Positions 51,523-60,033 of a stretch of DNA of 64,000 nucleotides are shown in pieces. The position numbers and the translations under genes were made by a program. The stretch's first letter is position 1; each line of letters begins with the position of its first letter. The stretch comes from Acidimicrobiales bacterium (lineage in GTDB: Bacteria > Actinomycetota > Acidimicrobiia > Acidimicrobiales > Aldehydirespiratoraceae): contig OZ242297.1 of NCBI GenBank assembly GCA_965207755.1, positions 2,311,406 to 2,375,405 on the forward strand, read 5' to 3'. The notes beneath the pieces were generated by a model. The model saw only the letters and a list, made by a program, of their open reading frames with translations, made no database searches and had not been told where the DNA came from.

Positions 51523-51572
51523 CTAGCGCTCCTGCGCGTGAGTCTTGTAGCTGTTGTTCGGCCTGTGAACGC

Positions 51573-51917
51573 TCAGTCCCAGCCGAGGTGGTGCAGGGTC
51601 TGGTCGTCGATGCCGAAGTGATGGGCCACCTCATGCACCACGGTGACCATGATCTCGTCGCGCAGATCGTCCTCGTTGTCGCAGATCTCGCAGATGGGCA
51701 GCCGGTAGACGGTCACCCGGTCGGGCATGGCCAGTCCGCCGTAGTCCTCCCGCTCCGTCAGGGGAACCCCCTCGTAGAGGCCGAGGAGGTCCTCGTCGGG
51801 ATGGGCGTCCTCCACCACGACCGCGATGTTCTCCATCATCTCGCCCAGCGCGGCGGGCAGAGCGTCGAGGGCCTCGCCCACCAACCGCTCGAAACGGACC
51901 TCGTCGATCAGGAACAC
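51573..51917 (-). CDS. Small zinc metallopeptidase-like protein (zincin, DUF1025-type)
   Basis: The GTG at 51917. HEVAHHFG zinc-binding motif near the C-terminus. About 114 aa. Confidence 0.7.
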   Translation of the reverse strand: MFLIDEVRFERLVGEALDALPAALGEMMENIAVVVEDAHPDEDLLGLYEGVPLTEREDYGGLAMPDRVTVYRLPICEICDNEDDLRDEIMVTVVHEVAHHFGIDDQTLHHLGWD

Positions 51918-51958
51918 GGGCGAGACGATACCGGCGCCGCCGAGAGCGCAGGAGGGCG

Positions 51959-53914
51959 TCAGGCGATGGCGCCCCGGTCGTCGCCAGCGCCGAACGGACT
52001 GTCCCGGCGGATGCTGACATCGGCCTCGGGCACGCCCAGCAGGCCGGCCAGATACGACCGCGCATCGCAGTGGAACGACCGGATCGGATCCTGGTCCTCT
52101 CCCGGGCGGCCGTCCACCCGCTCGAAGACAGTTCGCGCCGCCCCCGTTCGGCCCTTGGCGTCCGAGAAGAAGAACTCGATGACTCCGAGCCCGTCGACGA
52201 ACTCTGCGGAGGATCCCTCGGGAGCCGCCGGATCGTCGGTGAGGAGACCGACCCATACCGGCAGGAACGAGATGCCGTGACCGCTCGACTCTGCCTCGGA
52301 GACGGCCTGCTCCCACTGTTCCATTCCCATCGCGGTGGCTTCCACCAGCTCGCGGTACGAGTACGTGACCGCCGCCAGCCGGCTGCACGCGTTCTCCTTC
52401 CCGAAGAACTCGAGGAAGGAGCCTGCACGAGGTCCCTCCGGCCAACCGAAGAACACCTCGTACAGGGCGGCGAAGGCCTCGGCCGGATCGATCCCGACCA
52501 TGCGAGCGGCGTCGAACAGAGCGCCCTGGATGTCGGGGGCGTTCCAGACCTGGAGACGGTGCAGCAGCCTTGACGCAACCGAGAGGAACGACCGCTGGTG
52601 GTTGGTGAGCCCGCGGGCCGCCGACCGGTAGTCCTCAATGACAGTCAGACGCTCCGCAATGTCGGAGAATCGCTTCGACCACGACTCGGCGGTCCTGCGC
52701 TTGCGCTCCATCCACTCGCGCTCGACACTCGACAGGCTCGTGCGCCCAAGACTCGCCAGGTGTTCGACGAGATCCATGTGCGGCTGCTGCACGACGCTCA
52801 CCATCGTGTCGAACGGCGGGCTGTAGCCGGGCGGGGGCGGACAGCTGTCGCGGGGGTCGGGCTGTGACAGCGCGAAGAGCTGCCGTTGCGCCTCCCCGGC
52901 ATCGGAGAGGGTGCGCCACAAGCGCTCGTACTCCGCGAACGCCCTCGTGACGCCCGCTAGGTCGACCGCGAAATCGACAGCCTTGCGAGGCTGGACTCTG
53001 AGTACGAGATAGCGGAGCAGCTCCGGGGGCAGCACGGCAGCCAACTCGCCCGCGGTGGAGCCGATCCCCTTCGACGAACTCATCTTGGCCCCCGCGAGGG
53101 TGAAGAACTCGTAGCTGAACGAGGAGGGCACGTCGCACATGAGGACCTCCCGTGCCAGCGCGGACGCGACCCGGTGCGACCCTCCCGCGCCCATGTGGTC
53201 CTTGCCGCCCCCTTCGAGCAGCACGCCGAACACCTTCCACTTCGCAGCCCATTCGAGCTTCCACGGCAGCTTGCCGTTGCCGCCGAACGGGCTCCGGCGC
53301 CCTCTCGTGCCGCACCCCTCCGCCCACTCGACGAGGTCCGGCCTGCACTCGTAGGCGACAGTCTCGCCGTCGTAGTCGGATGCGTAGGTCGTGCCGATCC
53401 GACCGCACGCCTCGCAGATGGGCTGGAACGGCAGCCAGTCCGGCGACCTCACACTGCCGGTCTCGCGCCGGTAGACGTCCCTCACCTTCGAGGCGGCCCG
53501 CAGGTAGGCGTCGATCGTCTGGTCGAGCCGTCCCGACCGGTAGACCTCGCTCATGAAGTAGAAGTCGGCATCCACTCCCAGGGGACCGAAAGTGGAGGTG
53601 AACTCGCCGAAATACGCTCCGGCCATGCTCTCGCCCGCCAGCCCGGGCGGCGGGGGCGCTTGGAACAGCGGCACGCCCAGGTAGCCGCGGAAGTGCTCGC
53701 CGGTGCCGTGGGGTATCTCGTCGACGGGATCCATGTCGTCGCATCCGTAGATGAACCGGGCGCCCATCCCGCGCCGGCGCGCCGTCCGGGCCAGGGCGTC
53801 GTGGATGAGAACGCCGCGCAGCGAGCCGACATGGGCCAGCCCGCTCGGCGTCTTGGAGTCGTTTATGACCACCGGGGACGCACACCCGTCGAGGATCGCG
53901 TCAATCCAAGTCAT
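51959..53914 (-). CDS. lysK: Class I lysyl-tRNA synthetase with an extended C-terminus (651 aa)
   Basis: The ATG at 53914 gives MTWIDAILDG... HIGH-like PSGLAHVGSLRG and KMSKS-like KMSSSKG. GKLPWKLEWAAKW and a Zn-like CEACG...C..D...W..GCG insertion. Confidence 0.85.
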   Translation of the reverse strand: MTWIDAILDGCASPVVINDSKTPSGLAHVGSLRGVLIHDALARTARRRGMGARFIYGCDDMDPVDEIPHGTGEHFRGYLGVPLFQAPPPPGLAGESMAGAYFGEFTSTFGPLGVDADFYFMSEVYRSGRLDQTIDAYLRAASKVRDVYRRETGSVRSPDWLPFQPICEACGRIGTTYASDYDGETVAYECRPDLVEWAEGCGTRGRRSPFGGNGKLPWKLEWAAKWKVFGVLLEGGGKDHMGAGGSHRVASALAREVLMCDVPSSFSYEFFTLAGAKMSSSKGIGSTAGELAAVLPPELLRYLVLRVQPRKAVDFAVDLAGVTRAFAEYERLWRTLSDAGEAQRQLFALSQPDPRDSCPPPPGYSPPFDTMVSVVQQPHMDLVEHLASLGRTSLSSVEREWMERKRRTAESWSKRFSDIAERLTVIEDYRSAARGLTNHQRSFLSVASRLLHRLQVWNAPDIQGALFDAARMVGIDPAEAFAALYEVFFGWPEGPRAGSFLEFFGKENACSRLAAVTYSYRELVEATAMGMEQWEQAVSEAESSGHGISFLPVWVGLLTDDPAAPEGSSAEFVDGLGVIEFFFSDAKGRTGAARTVFERVDGRPGEDQDPIRSFHCDARSYLAGLLGVPEADVSIRRDSPFGAGDDRGAIA

Positions 53915-54046
53915 GGCACCTCTCCGGGGTCTGTGCGCCGCACGTCCAGCAGGATGCGACTCTAGCCCCGCGGGACATGTCAGCCTGTCGCAGGCCCGGC
54001 GACGGTCGCACGCCACGGCGCAGCGGTCTGCTCGTAGGGTCGGGCG

Positions 54047-55792
54047 GTGACCGAACCCGGGCACCCGCTGCTGGAGGGCCTGACGCCCGAGCAGCGCGAC
54101 GCGGTGACGACCCGGGCGTCGCCGCTGTGCGTCATCGCCGGAGCCGGTTCCGGCAAGACCCGGGTCCTGACCAGGCGCATCGCCTGGCAGGCCGGCGAGG
54201 GCCACGCCGACCCGCGGCGCACCCTGGCCGTGACCTTCACCCGCCGGGCCGCCCGCGAGCTGCGGTGGAGGCTGCGAGGGCTCGGCCTCAACGACGCGGT
54301 GCGGGCCGGGACCTTCCATGCCGTCGCTCTGGCCCAGCTGCGCCGCCACGCGGCCGACTCCGGCCGGCGCCCGCCCAGGATCCTGGAGAACTCCGGCGGG
54401 CTGATCTCCGAACTGCGGCCCAGGGCCGACCGCGCCGCGGTGGCCGACATCGTCAACGAGATCGGCTGGTGCCGGGCCCGGCTCGTACCGCCCGAGGACT
54501 ACCCGTCGGCGGCGCGGGCCGCGGGCCGGCGGCCCCCTGTGGGGCGGGCCGACCGCTTCGTCCAGATCTACGCCGACTACGAGTCGGCCAAGCGCAAGCG
54601 CCGCCTGCTCGACTTCGACGACGTGCTGGCCCGGTCGCTGGAGGTGATGGAGACCGAGCCCAAGCATGCGGCAGCCCACCGCTGGCTCCACCAGCACATG
54701 CTCGTCGACGAGTTCCAGGACATCAACCCGCTGCAGTTCGCCCTGCTCAAGTCCTGGCTGGGCCCGGACTCGACGCTGGTGATGGTGGGCGACCCCGACC
54801 AGGCGATCTACGGATGGAACGGCGCCGACCCCGGACTGATCAACACCGTCGGCAACCACCTGCCCGGCTGCGCGGTGCTGCACATGCGCGCCAACTTCAG
54901 GTCCACGCCCGAAGTCCTCGCCGCGGCCGGACGGATCCTCGGCCGGGCGCCCCAGCCCGCGGCGCGGCCGTCGGGGGAGGACCCGACGGTCACCGTGTGC
55001 GACGGAGCCAACGAGGCCGCGGTGCTGGCCCGAGCGGTGCGGCAACGCCACCGGCCCGGCTCATCGTGGCGACGGCAGGCTGTGCTGGCCCGCACCAACG
55101 CTCAGCTCGACCCGCTCCGCAAGGCGCTGGTGCGCCAGAACATCCCGGTGGCCACCGTCTCCGAAGGCAGCCTGCTCCGCCGGCCCGAGATAGCGGCCGT
55201 GCTCGAGTCCTGGCCCCCCGGCGACAGCCTCGCCTCCTGCGCGGCCGACACCCGCCAGCGGCTGCGCGAGCCGGCGGACGCCGGGGCGGATCCCCAGAAG
55301 CCGACCACCCCGGACACGCCCGCGGCCCGGGCCGGCGCCGAGGCCTTCCTGGAGTTCGCCGAGGACCACCTGTCGCTCGACCCCGACTCCACGGTGGACG
55401 CCTTCATTGCTGCGCTGAGAGCCGACAGCCGCTCGGCGCCGTCAGCGGACGGTGTGGACCTGATGACCTTCCACGCCGCCAAGGGACTGGAGTGGCCCGT
55501 CGTCCATCTCGTGGGCTTGGAGGACGGGCTCGTGCCCATCGCCCACGCCCGCACCGCCGCGGCCCGGGCCGAGGAGCGCCGCCTGCTCCATGTGGCCGTC
55601 ACCAGAGCCGAACAGGAACTGCACGTCCTGTGGTGCGACCGCCGGGACCTGGGGGGACAAACCGTCGAGCGAGAGCCGTCGCCGTGGCTGGAGGCGATCG
55701 CCTCGGCGGGGAACCCGAGGGACTCCGGGTCGCAACGCTCCCGCAACCTCGAGGGGATCGCCCGAAGCCGGAGGACGCTGCACGGCGACTGA
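54047..55792 (+). CDS. UvrD/Rep-family (SF1) ATP-dependent DNA helicase, short form
   Basis: LTPEQRDAV, AGAGSGKTRVL, VDEFQDINPLQ, GDPDQAIYGWNGA, TFHAAKGLEWPVV, VAVTRA. Confidence 0.88.
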   Translation: MTEPGHPLLEGLTPEQRDAVTTRASPLCVIAGAGSGKTRVLTRRIAWQAGEGHADPRRTLAVTFTRRAARELRWRLRGLGLNDAVRAGTFHAVALAQLRRHAADSGRRPPRILENSGGLISELRPRADRAAVADIVNEIGWCRARLVPPEDYPSAARAAGRRPPVGRADRFVQIYADYESAKRKRRLLDFDDVLARSLEVMETEPKHAAAHRWLHQHMLVDEFQDINPLQFALLKSWLGPDSTLVMVGDPDQAIYGWNGADPGLINTVGNHLPGCAVLHMRANFRSTPEVLAAAGRILGRAPQPAARPSGEDPTVTVCDGANEAAVLARAVRQRHRPGSSWRRQAVLARTNAQLDPLRKALVRQNIPVATVSEGSLLRRPEIAAVLESWPPGDSLASCAADTRQRLREPADAGADPQKPTTPDTPAARAGAEAFLEFAEDHLSLDPDSTVDAFIAALRADSRSAPSADGVDLMTFHAAKGLEWPVVHLVGLEDGLVPIAHARTAAARAEERRLLHVAVTRAEQELHVLWCDRRDLGGQTVEREPSPWLEAIASAGNPRDSGSQRSRNLEGIARSRRTLHGD

Positions 55793-55836
55793 CACGGCGA
55801 CCCCTCCTGAGCCTGGGGCACCCGCAGAACCGCGGG

Positions 55837-58065
55837 CTAGCCGCCCTCGGCGCGGGGCATGGCCACCACCGCGACGTTGGCGGTGCAGCGCTCCAGCACC
55901 GTCTCGACGGTGTGGCCCAGGAAGGGGCGACCGTCCACGTTGCGCAGCGAGGCGCCCAGCACCACCAGGTCGGCCTCCTGCTCCTCGGCCACCGACACCA
56001 GCGTCGACGCCGGCGACGAGCCCGGCCGCACCAGAGTGCGGGCCTCCACGCCCATCTCCGCGCCCCTGGCCCGGGCTGCCTCCATGAGTGCGTCGACCAC
56101 CGGCTGAGCCGCTTCGGGATGGGCCTCTCCGAGCACGCGGGCAGCCAGCCTGCTGCCGGTCAGCCGCCTGGGCAGGATCCGCATGTCCTGCCAATGCCGC
56201 TGCACCACGTGGGTCAACACCACCTCCGTGCCCAGCTGGCTGCTCACCCCGAAGGCGACTTCCTGGGCGGCCCTCGATGACCGCGTCCCGGTGACCGGCA
56301 CGATTGCACGGGTGAAGGCGCCCGGAAGCGGAGTCTCAAGACCGTCGGCCCGCCTGACGATCACCACCGGCAGGGGCGAGTGCAGCAGCAGCTCGTCGAC
56401 CAGCGGCGAGTACAGCTGGCCCTCGTGGCGGCCGGCCACCCCGACGCAGATCGCCCCGTAGCCGAGGCGGGCCTCGGCCACGATGGCCGACGCCACGACT
56501 GCGCCGGCTGCGCTGGGTGCCCGCACCTGGCGATGATCGACCTCCCGCCCGTCGAGGACGCTGCGGACGATGGTGATGTCGGGCCAGTGGCCCCTGGCTG
56601 CGCCGTCGGAGTGGTAGGAGCCGTCGCCGAGGCTCTCGGGCGCCACCGAGATCACGGTGACGGGCACCTGTACCGGCCAGGCGAAGTGCATGAGCTGCGC
56701 GGCCGCGATGGAAGCGGGCTCGGCCCGCGAGGCGAGCAGCAGCCGCGACGAGCGCACCACGAGGTTGCGACTGAGGGCCTCCTCACGCTCGAGTCGCTCC
56801 TGCTCGTCCGGCGACCCCATCCAGTCGCGCACCGCCAGCCGCAGGCTCGCGGCGGCGAACACCGAGGTCACCAGGGGCACTATCACGATGACGGTGTAGG
56901 CCGTCTCGCTGAACACGCCCAGCGACAGCCCCACCGATGCGATGACGATCTCCAAGGCGCCCCTGGCGTTCAGGCCTGCCCCCAGGGCCACCGCAGCCCG
57001 CTGGGACTGCCCGGCCAGCCTCGCGCCCACGAAGGCCCCCGCGAACTTGGCCACGATGGCCACCACCATCACCACGCCCGCCCATGCCAGCGCCTCGCCC
57101 TCGCCGAGCAGGGCGAGGTCGACTCGCAGTCCGGCCATGGCGAAGAAAACCGGGGCGAGGAAGGCGTTGGTGAGCGACTCGATGTGATGGACGACCTCGT
57201 GCTGCTGGAAGCGCGAGCGGTTCAGGACCACTCCGGCCACGAAGGCCCCGAGCACGGCCTCGATGCCCAGAGCCTGGGTGGCCACGCCGAAGGCGAGCAT
57301 CGTGAACACCGCGATGCCGAGCGCGCCGTGCAGGTTGGGGCCGTCGCGCCTGACGCGGCGCAGGCCGGCGTCGATGGCCCGCTGGCCCAGTGTCATCGCC
57401 AGCAGCAGGAACGCGGCCAGGCCGATCACGGTCCGCAGCGTTCCGGTCACCGATACCTGGCCTGCGGTGGCGAAGCCTGTGAAGACGGCCAGCATCACCC
57501 AGCCGACCACATCGTTGGCCATGCCGGCGGCCACCGTGATCTGGCCGAAGTCGCGCCTCATGAGCCCGAGTTCCGACAGGATCCGTGCGATCACGGCCAG
57601 AGCCGACACTGACAGCGCCAGGGCCACGAACAGGGCGAACACGGTGCGGTCGGCGCCCCCGCCGATGAAGTCCGCCGGCAGCAGGACACCGATCACCAGG
57701 CCTCCCGCCAGCGGCACGACGAGGCTGAAGCCGGTGACCAGCGCGGCGGCGCGCCCCAGGCGCCGTATCAGCGCCAGGTCCGTCTCGAACCCGGCCGTGA
57801 CCAGCAGCAGCGCCACCCCGAGCCAGGTGACGGCGAACAGGGCCCCCGAGGAGATCTCCTCGTGGGGGATGAACCACTCGAACCCGCTCGGCCACACCGC
57901 TCCGAACACCGAGGGCCCGAGGACCACGCCGGCAGCCAGCTGGCCGACAACCGACGGCAGCCCCACGCGACGCATCAGGTATCCCACCGCCCGAGCTGCC
58001 GCCACCAGCACCAGCAGCTGCGTCCAGAAGACGAGCAGGGCGTGCTCGTCGAGAGGCGTCAGCAC
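55837..58065 (-). CDS. CPA2-family cation/proton antiporter fused to tandem universal-stress-protein-like domains
   Basis: The N-terminal 400 aa or so are polytopic (GLPSVVGQLAAGVVLGP...). The C-terminal half has two USP-like alpha/beta units (...DLVVLGAS...). Confidence 0.85.
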   Translation of the reverse strand: MLTPLDEHALLVFWTQLLVLVAAARAVGYLMRRVGLPSVVGQLAAGVVLGPSVFGAVWPSGFEWFIPHEEISSGALFAVTWLGVALLLVTAGFETDLALIRRLGRAAALVTGFSLVVPLAGGLVIGVLLPADFIGGGADRTVFALFVALALSVSALAVIARILSELGLMRRDFGQITVAAGMANDVVGWVMLAVFTGFATAGQVSVTGTLRTVIGLAAFLLLAMTLGQRAIDAGLRRVRRDGPNLHGALGIAVFTMLAFGVATQALGIEAVLGAFVAGVVLNRSRFQQHEVVHHIESLTNAFLAPVFFAMAGLRVDLALLGEGEALAWAGVVMVVAIVAKFAGAFVGARLAGQSQRAAVALGAGLNARGALEIVIASVGLSLGVFSETAYTVIVIVPLVTSVFAAASLRLAVRDWMGSPDEQERLEREEALSRNLVVRSSRLLLASRAEPASIAAAQLMHFAWPVQVPVTVISVAPESLGDGSYHSDGAARGHWPDITIVRSVLDGREVDHRQVRAPSAAGAVVASAIVAEARLGYGAICVGVAGRHEGQLYSPLVDELLLHSPLPVVIVRRADGLETPLPGAFTRAIVPVTGTRSSRAAQEVAFGVSSQLGTEVVLTHVVQRHWQDMRILPRRLTGSRLAARVLGEAHPEAAQPVVDALMEAARARGAEMGVEARTLVRPGSSPASTLVSVAEEQEADLVVLGASLRNVDGRPFLGHTVETVLERCTANVAVVAMPRAEGG

Positions 58066-58256
58066 CCCGAAACCTCTCGGCTATCCCATGAGTCCAAGGT
58101 CACGAGGGACGGGGCCAGATGTCGACATCCATGCTGACCTCCGAGGTCGAGCGTTGAGTGGGCCAGTAGCAGGCAAGCGGAAGGTGAGATCGGCACTGAC
58201 TCATCCAGCCTATCGGGGCGGATGCAACGGGTCGGGTGGAGGCGGCGAGCTGATCG

Positions 58257-58790
58257 TCAAGCGAGCCGGCGGAGACGTTCGAGGCGGTGGTCGTCGGCAC
58301 CGAGGTAGTCGACTATCACAGCACTGACGGCCTCGACATCGAGTGTGCCCGCCTCCGCCATGCGCTCGAGGTCCGCCCAGTCCTGCGTACGGTCGAAGAA
58401 CACCTTGAACACGGCGATGTCCCGGCAGGAGAGGAATGGCAGGCGATGTCCGGCGAACGATTCGTGCCGCACTCTGAGAACGGCATCGTCGTGGAAAGGC
58501 GTGGTATTGAAGAAGAGATCGACGGGAACATGGTCCCACCAGAGGCGGGTCTGGCCGTCATCGGCGAGCGCCCGGCGAGCCGTGTCTCCGACCTCGATGC
58601 CTTCGGGCAGCCCGTCTAGCGCCTCGTCTGCATCATGGAGTCCGACGAAGATGTTGATGTCGATGTCGATTGTGGCGCGAGGACGCCCTGTGCACCAAGC
58701 AAGCGCCAGCGCGCCGCCGAACGCATGGGGCACTCCGGCGGCCTTGAGTGCTTCGTGGAGCACGATGATCCGCTGGGTGAACGTCAACAT
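58257..58790 (-). CDS. Minimal nucleotidyltransferase-fold protein (toxin-antitoxin-like module, component 2)
   Basis: MLTFTQRIIVLHEALKAAGVPHAFGGALALAWCTGRPRATIDIDINI carries the GG-x(n)-DxD NTase signature. 177 aa. Starts 26 nt downstream of the HTH gene. Confidence 0.7.
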   Translation of the reverse strand: MLTFTQRIIVLHEALKAAGVPHAFGGALALAWCTGRPRATIDIDINIFVGLHDADEALDGLPEGIEVGDTARRALADDGQTRLWWDHVPVDLFFNTTPFHDDAVLRVRHESFAGHRLPFLSCRDIAVFKVFFDRTQDWADLERMAEAGTLDVEAVSAVIVDYLGADDHRLERLRRLA

Positions 58791-58816
58791 GGGACGGCGC
58801 TGGTCATTTCCGTCGG

Positions 58817-59155
58817 TCATCGACCAGAGCCATCGGTATTGCGGCCGAAGACTGGCTTGCGAGGATCGCCGGAGTGTCGAGCCGGGAACTCCTCGGCCGC
58901 CCCCAGCACTTCCTCCAGTTCGACGCCGCGGTCGACCTTGTCGCCGAAGACGCGCCGGCTCAAGGTGACGTCGAGCGCGAAGCCGGCGGCCCGCAGGATC
59001 CGATCGAGCGTGGCGGTTGTGGGCGAGCGCCGACCAGCCTCGTAGGCCGCGACGGCCGAGTGCGAGGTACCCGCCCTGCGAGCCAGGTCGCGCAGCGACA
59101 TTCCGGCCCGCAGCCGTGCCTCCCGTACGATTGCCGCCGCATCCACGTTCGACAT
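58817..59155 (-). CDS. XRE-family helix-turn-helix protein (toxin-antitoxin-like module, component 1)
   Basis: IVREARLRAGMSLRDLARRAGTSHSAVAAYEAGRRSPTTATLDRIL is a canonical Cro/C1-type HTH. Confidence 0.8.
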   Translation of the reverse strand: MSNVDAAAIVREARLRAGMSLRDLARRAGTSHSAVAAYEAGRRSPTTATLDRILRAAGFALDVTLSRRVFGDKVDRGVELEEVLGAAEEFPARHSGDPRKPVFGRNTDGSGR

Positions 59156-59183
59156 GGTATCTCATCAGATACCAGCCGTGCGC

Positions 59184-59987
59184 TCACCTTCGAAAGCCCC
59201 CGATATCGAGATCGAGATCGACGAACAGGGGCGCGTGGTCGCTGGGCGGGTCGTCCTTGGGGCCCTTGCGCTCGTTGCGGTCGATCAGCGCGAAGCGGGC
59301 CGCTCCGGCCACGGCACGGGTCCCGAGCGCTAGATCGATGCGCATGCCCTTGCGCTTGTGGAAGTCGCCACCCCGGTAGTCCCACCACGTGAACAGACCC
59401 TCATCGGGGTAATGCTCGCGGAACAGGTCGACCAGTCCCCACTCGAGCAGGCCGGCGAGGCGCTCCCTCTCGGCCGCGCTGGTGTGAGTGCTGCCGGTGA
59501 AGGCGGCGGGGTCGTACACGTCCCGGTCGTCGGGGGCGATGTTGAAGTCGCCGCACACCAGCGCGAGGGCGGCGGGATCGGCCTGGACATCCAGCGAGGC
59601 CCTTAGGCGCTGGAGCCAGTCGAGTTTGTAGTGGTAGTGGTCGTGGTCCACGGCGCGGCCGTTGGGCACGTAGCACGACGCCACCCGCACCCCCGCGCAT
59701 GTGGCCCAAGCCAGGCGAGCGTCGGGGTCGGGCTCGATGCCGTCCCCGAACCCGGCCACCGGATCGGCGAGCCCCACCCGGCTCAGAATGGCGACGCCGT
59801 TCCAGCGTCCCTCTCCGTTGTGGAAGCAGTCGTAGCCCAGCGACTGGAACGTCAGCGCGGGGAAGGCGTCGTCGGCGAGCTTGGTCTCCTGCAGGCACAC
59901 CACATCGGGGGAGAAGGCCTCGATCCAGCGCTGCACCCGGCCGAGGCGCGCCTTCAACGAGTTGACGTTCCAGGTCACGACCCGCAC
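59184..59987 (-). CDS. xthA: Exodeoxyribonuclease III
   Basis: MRVVTWNVNSLKARL...VVCLQETK...DHAPLFVDL. Confidence 0.93.
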   Translation of the reverse strand: MRVVTWNVNSLKARLGRVQRWIEAFSPDVVCLQETKLADDAFPALTFQSLGYDCFHNGEGRWNGVAILSRVGLADPVAGFGDGIEPDPDARLAWATCAGVRVASCYVPNGRAVDHDHYHYKLDWLQRLRASLDVQADPAALALVCGDFNIAPDDRDVYDPAAFTGSTHTSAAERERLAGLLEWGLVDLFREHYPDEGLFTWWDYRGGDFHKRKGMRIDLALGTRAVAGAARFALIDRNERKGPKDDPPSDHAPLFVDLDLDIGGFRR

Positions 59988-60033
59988 GGTGCGACCCTAT
60001 ACCGGCATCCCGGCCGGGAAGTAGGATCGCGGC

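Noticed and set aside
51959-55051. 1030-aa ORF extending lysK upstream
   Set aside because: The first 379 aa are antisense to the UvrD-like helicase and are low-complexity. The class I LysRS homology begins at MTWIDAIL (53914).
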